This document shows, piece by piece, positions 60,782 to 64,000 of a stretch of DNA of 64,000 nucleotides. The number at the start of each line of letters is the position of its first letter. Positions within the stretch are counted from its first letter, which is position 1. Position numbers and translations under genes: made by a program. The DNA comes from Anthoceros angustus. Taxonomy: Eukaryota > Plantae > Anthocerotophyta. The notes beneath the pieces were generated by a model that saw only the letters and a program-made list of their open reading frames with translations, searched no databases and was not told the origin of the DNA. Where the stretch lies: NCBI GenBank assembly GCA_010909165.1, contig MU008156.1, positions 620,001 to 684,000 of the forward strand. The letters are read 5' to 3'.

Positions 60782-61560
60782 CTAATCTACCTTATAACCC
60801 CCAACCGCCCCCAAGATGTCGCCGTCCGAGATAGGGAAGGGCCTACTTACCACTGGTTCTGCCGATGCCCCATCTCCAGCACTCGTGATCGTCCTAAAGA
60901 TGGCGCTGGCCAACACCCTTTGCAGGGCGATGGAAACCCGTTGCCTGAAATATGCCACGACATTGGAAAGGGGGAGTCCAACCCCGCCCCTATCGTTGTG
61001 GTAGGCCCTTGTGCACTCCTTGATAAAACGAGAAAACCTTACCCAAGGCCCCATGGGTTTCAATCGCAAGGGGGATGAAAATGTGACCTTGCTGCATGGG
61101 CCTATACTTGTAAATTTTCTGATTCGCGCTCCCTTCCGCCACCCAACCTAGAGGGTTGATGATGACATGGTCGCTAACAGAATCTATGGTTGGGTCAGTG
61201 ACAACCACGTCCGCAATCGAGACCTCGTCCCCCCGCGTCAAGAAAAGGTCAGCCCTGAAAGAGACACCATTGAGTAGAGTATACTGATGCTCCTTGAAAG
61301 GGAAGAAACCGCTCTCCTTGGCCATCGAGAACATGACGTCTCGAACGGCGTCATGTGTAGCAATACATTGTCCATCCATTGGACAATGCACTAAATGGGC
61401 CCCAGGGTCGTCGATGTAGGCCCCACAACAGCAGGCCAGAAGGAAACAGGCTAGTGATTGGACCACACTGAGGCGAAACCTCATCACGGTAGAAAAAGAA
61501 GCTGATTCGATTTGGAACGCCTGGATGCAAGGGCGGGCCAGGAGCCAGGAACATTGGCCA
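60782..61560 (-). mobile_element. 5'-truncated non-LTR retrotransposon, C-terminal CCHC finger + restriction-like endonuclease (CRE-clade-like)
   Basis: WLLARP..F..VMRFRL, CCCG..HLVHC, THDAVRDV, RADL..IADVVV, K..KY, FIPLAIETHGALG and FRQRVSIALQR; 1-nt frameshift at ~61038. Confidence 0.8.
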
Positions 61561-61895
61561 TGAGCACATATGGGACATTGCTCTCCACATGCATACATGT
61601 ATGCTACGCTTGTAGCCTAGTTCCCTACCTTCACATGCATACATGCATGCTATATTTGCGCAACATATGGTTGGTTACTTGTGTCCCAAATAATCTTATT
61701 AAAAATATTTACTAATTTAAAAATTACTAAGTTAGTTAGGCAATGTAGGTCCTATATAAAGCTGAGAGCAATGGTGAATAGTTGCAAGAGAATACTATTT
61801 ATCCTACTCTAGCTTCTCTTGCCTTCTCTGCGCTTTGCACATCATTAAAGGCTCAAGTCAAGTAGCCTTCCTCCTTATCATTAAAGTGACGAGGA

Positions 61896-62450
61896 TGGAC
61901 AAAACAAAGATGGCGATTAATAAATTAATGAAGTGCTCACATTAAACGAATAGAAAATGATCTTGAAGGAGCAAAAAACTTGTTACTTCAAGCACAAAAA
62001 CTTTTCCCAAGTATTTATTCGGGTGAAGACAACACTTTTCTTGTTTCGTCGTTAACACATGGCATGACTATGTCCATGTTTCCCCTCTTTCGTGCGAGAT
62101 GTAAATAGTGCATATATGTAGAACTAACACATTAATTGTTCCTAATAATCAGGATTGAATGATATTACTTACCTCCTTGCCATCTTGGAGGTGGAAATTG
62201 CAGCAAAAAAAACTAAATTATCCTTGGGTTCAGCAGGTCCCATGTATAAGCGATGCAGGCTTCTCAAGTTGACCCACTTGCGGATGCAAATACCATTAAA
62301 AAGGTACAAGAAACTAGCTTTGCTACATCGACAAGAACAAAGAAGATGGAGCTGCGAATGCTTTCCAACTAATTTTAGAAGCACAAACTATTCTTTTGGA
62401 TAAAAGGTGCGAGATTTTGATACTCAAATCCAAAAATCTCGCATGTCATA
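61896..62450 (+). pseudogene. DnaJ/Hsp40 J-domain gene remnant (plant type with an N-terminal helical region)
   Basis: Across frameshifts it reads DLEGAKNLLLQAQKLFP / LQVDPLADANTIKK.YKKLALL.H.DKNKEDGAANAFQLILEAQTILLDK. The HPD motif is disrupted by a deletion. Confidence 0.7.
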
Positions 62451-64000
62451 AGGCATGAGCTACGCAAGCAGTTCCACAATAAAACGTCTTGCAAGGAGCA
62501 TAATAATTTGCTGAAAAAACTTCAAAAAATTCAAAAACAGCAAAATGAGTTCTACCAACGACGCAATCATAACCTTCCAACTCCAAGTTTTGACGAAGAT
62601 CAAAATTATTATTCTAAACAAGAGTACCGGGATAAACAATATTGTGATGAAGAGTATTAAAGTACCATCCGGATGCTACATGCATATAAATATAAAACTT
62701 CTTTAACATGACATGCCCCATGGTAATGAGCTCTTTGTTTTTCTTTATACATAGTTTTATAATATTTGTAGATCAACGTTGTGAATTTGAGCTACATTAA
62801 TAAAACATGTTTTTGTATGAAAAACTATGCATTATACTTGAAGAAAAATCGTACGTTTTCACTTACATATAATGTACAAAAACTGTGCCTTCTGCAAGCA
62901 TACCTCTCACACCACACAAACACTCAAACTTTTCCGGGGGCACTACAACTTCTATATCATGCTCGTGCAAAACAAAATAAACTCATTCCAAAAACGCAGT
63001 TCGATATGACCTCTTCTGCCTTGCCTCGTAGTTACTCGCCTTCTTGGGGGGGGGTTAAATTTGTGATTGCATTATGGTAACTACCGCTGAAACTGGCAAT
63101 TCAAGGGGTGGTGGTTCTATGACTACCTGGTTCTGCTCCACCTCCTCTTCTCCTTTGAGTGTCCTCCACATCCACCTCCGCGTTTGCCTCGTCTTTATGC
63201 TCTTCAACTGACAATTTTTGCAATCCAAGCTCCTTACTATTCGACCCAGCTTCCTCATAAGAAGATGAAAAGTCCAGCAATTGTTGGAAGATGCCGGCAA
63301 TTCTCCCCCCTCCTTCCCTTCCTCACCAATGCGAGCTTGCTACTCTAAATTTGAGGGTATCTTTGCCTCCAAGCTCGCTCCAATCCGTTGTGATTCTACA
63401 ACTCCTTGCTACTCCTACACCGGGTTGCTGGGGTTTGTAATTTCCCGGTGTGCGTGCATTGGGTTGCTGGGATTTGCGATTTCTTGGTGCTCTTTGTCCT
63501 CTCCTCCTAGATTGAAGTTGCCTTAGCTCAGAGTGTGCCTTCCCCCTCTTGCTCTTCCTCCCCATGCTCCTGCTGGCCTTCCTCCCTATCCGCTTCTACC
63601 AAATGGTTCTGGAATCAAAAATTGCGGTTGCAGGCTTAAGGGTGGTAGCATGGTTTGGTGATACACTTTAGTACCATATGGCTTGGGACACTTGGTTACT
63701 TTGAAAAGACGAGAGAGATGTGAGAGGGTGACTTTAAGTTTTCATTAAAATAATATTTCAATATATTTTAGTTTCACTTTTATATACTTTTACGTTTGCT
63801 ATTATTTACTTTAACTTACTTTACTTTTACTTCAGATCTCTGTTTTCATTCGGTGGTAAGTCAACCCGCCGTTTACCCCAATTTCGACCTTACGCGTGGG
63901 CGCACTCTCGCTATTGCCATCCCGGGCTCAGTGTTGAGTTGATCCTTCGTCCGCCCTGAGACAGCCTGGATGCAATCTCCTGCACTTGCTCGCCCACATC

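Noticed and set aside
63055-63565. Minus-strand ORFs beginning MGRKSKRGK
   Set aside because: Short, interrupted by stops and with no recognisable domain. It may be a gene remnant but is unsupported.

Overview
Eukaryotic, gene-dense land-plant nuclear DNA with short GT-AG introns (mostly 70-300 bp). An intact Rab23 (a cilium-associated GTPase absent from flowering plants) and a PLS-class PPR with a 'PGxSWW' box point to a seedless plant with flagellated sperm, most likely a hornwort. That assignment is inferred, not proven. Apparently coding genes: a divergent RPB5-like polymerase subunit, an ankyrin-TM protein (one frameshift), a PLS-E PPR, a MATE transporter, an hnRNP F/H-like fragment, an NPF/PTR transporter, a SNAP25-type SNARE, a steroleosin/11-beta-HSD-like SDR, an unidentified plastid-type protein, RAB23, a RING-H2 protein, a stellacyanin-AGP, an IFR/PCBER-like reductase, TRS23, a METTL21-like methyltransferase, a small Gly-rich protein and an SPX protein. 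Accessory DNA includes a rearranged, decayed duplicate of the PPR+MATE block with template-switch junctions, an internally deleted Copia element, two copies of a ~200-bp (TTC)n-tailed repeat, minisatellites, an 18S rRNA fragment, Ca2+-ATPase and DnaJ pseudogenes, and the endonuclease end of a CRE-like non-LTR retrotransposon. The most notable signals are the C-terminally replaced RPB5 paralog, the scrambled PPR/MATE duplication, nine P1BS sites upstream of SPX, a 453-bp exon duplication that creates an in-frame alternative donor, and the CRE-like element. I found no clear novel multi-gene system.
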